A stretch of 43,286 bases of DNA from Pseudomonas sp. (lineage in GTDB: Bacteria; Pseudomonadota; Gammaproteobacteria; Pseudomonadales; Pseudomonadaceae). The stretch lies in the NCBI GenBank assembly GCA_044240245.1, contig JBIHZW010000001.1, positions 1-43,286 on the forward strand. Direction: 5' to 3'. The stretch's first letter is position 1. Each line of letters opens with the position of its first letter. The translations under genes and the position numbers were made by a program. The notes below the pieces were generated by a model that was given only the letters and a program-made list of their open reading frames with translations, did not search any database and was not told the DNA's origin. This document shows, piece after piece, positions 42,098 to 43,286 of the stretch.

Positions 42098-42960
42098 TAG
42101 GGCTCAATCAGCATAGGCGTTGCGGGCCCATACAGTGAAGTGGGCAGACGAATTTGCACCGCCACCGGTAGGTGGTCGGAGATCGGCTGCGACAGCACCT
42201 CACAACGCTCCAGCGGTAAGCCGGGACTGAGCAGAATGTGGTCAAGGCAGCGCTGCGGCCGCCAGCTGGGGAAGGTTGCCTCAATCTGCGGAGCCAGCAG
42301 GCCAAGATCGCGCAGCGGCGAATGCAGCAGCAGGTCATTGGCATGGGTGTTCATATCGCCCATCAACACCATGTGCCGATAGTCGCTTAGCAGTTCGCGG
42401 ATATAGGCCAACTGGCGCGTGCGGGTACGCGCGCCAAGGGACAGGTGCATCATCACCACGGCAACTGCATCCGGGCCCTCGCCCAGGCGCAGCAACATCG
42501 CACCGCGACCGGGCGGACCGGGTAGCGGGTGATCTTCCAGCAGGCTTGGCCTCAAACGGCTGAGGACGCCATTGCTGTGCTGCGCCAGACGGCCGAGGTT
42601 GCGGTTGAGTTGCTGATACCAGTAGGGGAAGGCACCAAGGTGCGCGAGGTGCTCGACCTGATTGACGTAGCCCGAACGCAGGCTGCCGCCATCGACCTCC
42701 TGCAGCGCAACCAGGTCGAAATCACCGAGCAGATCGCCAATCCGTTGCAGATTGCCGCTGCGCCCGGCATGCGGCAGCAGATGCTGCCAGCTGCGCGTCA
42801 CATAGTGGTGGTAACGCTGGGTGCTGATGCCGACCTGAATATTGAAACTGAGCAGGCGCAGGCTGCCGTTCTGCGGCCAGTCAGCCGCTGGCGCGCAACG
42901 TGGATTGACCTGTGGATCGCACAGGTCAATCGCCCGTCTGGCCGGCCAGCGCCTGAGCAT
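42097..42960 (-). CDS. Endonuclease/exonuclease/phosphatase (EEP) family protein
   Basis: Motifs LLSFNIQ, DLVALQEVD, MGDMN, TFPSW, LDHIL and SDHLPV. Confidence 0.9.
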   Translation of the reverse strand: MLRRWPARRAIDLCDPQVNPRCAPAADWPQNGSLRLLSFNIQVGISTQRYHHYVTRSWQHLLPHAGRSGNLQRIGDLLGDFDLVALQEVDGGSLRSGYVNQVEHLAHLGAFPYWYQQLNRNLGRLAQHSNGVLSRLRPSLLEDHPLPGPPGRGAMLLRLGEGPDAVAVVMMHLSLGARTRTRQLAYIRELLSDYRHMVLMGDMNTHANDLLLHSPLRDLGLLAPQIEATFPSWRPQRCLDHILLSPGLPLERCEVLSQPISDHLPVAVQIRLPTSLYGPATPMLIEP

Positions 42961-42983
42961 TACGCGTTATCCGCGCGCCCTAA

Positions 42984-43286
42984 TTACTGCGCGGCGCGTT
43001 CTTTGGCGATCAGGTGATCCGCCACTTGCAGGGTTTGCTGCGGGCCGCCCGAACTGCTGATATCGAAACGGTATTTGCCGTTGACGATCATCACCGGCAC
43101 GCCAGTGATCTGATAAGCCATGGCCAGTTTCTTGGCCTTTTCCAGCTGGCTCTTCACGCCAAAGGAGTTGTAGGTCTTGAGGAAGGCGTCCTTGTCGATG
43201 CCTTCGGCAGCCAGGAAGTCGGCCATTTCTTCCGGGGTAGCGAGCTTCTTGCCCTGCACGTGGATGGCGTCGAACACTGCGGCATG
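42984..43286 (-). CDS. dsbA: Thiol:disulfide oxidoreductase DsbA (C-terminal part; 5' end outside the window)
   Basis: HAAVFDAIH, YNSFGVK and cis-Pro loop ITGVPVMIVNGKY; upstream of EEP and GGDEF genes as in other Pseudomonas. The CxxC motif is not in the window. Confidence 0.85.
   Translation of the reverse strand, partial: HAAVFDAIHVQGKKLATPEEMADFLAAEGIDKDAFLKTYNSFGVKSQLEKAKKLAMAYQITGVPVMIVNGKYRFDISSSGGPQQTLQVADHLIAKERAAQ

Overview
High-GC chromosomal window from an environmental Pseudomonas (genus inferred from gene content and order). Left to right: recB (cut by the window edge) and recC; a Na+/Pi cotransporter; loiP; a three-gene plcB phospholipase C operon; an auxiliary type VI secretion module (hcp, vgrG, DUF4123 adaptor, MIX/VasX-like effector, membrane immunity gene) under a sigma54 promoter; a TAXI-TRAP transporter; AraC, SDR and VOC genes; two membrane proteins; a sigma54 operon (BON protein, PA2169-like protein, DUF1328 peptide, ivy) divergent from algB-kinB; an NCS2 purine permease; ampDh2; marC; a cryptochrome DASH; and the dsbA-EEP-diguanylate cyclase operon. 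Two diverged copies of a 142-bp inverted-repeat element with compensatory base changes lie at 6561-6702 and 41956-42097. No CRISPR array, rRNA, tRNA, integrase or transposase was seen. The best leads are the structured repeat element, the T6SS effector/immunity pair with matched AT-rich patches, the atypical recCB, and a GntR/HutC-like operator upstream of plcB. All family assignments come from motif recognition and memory, not database searches.
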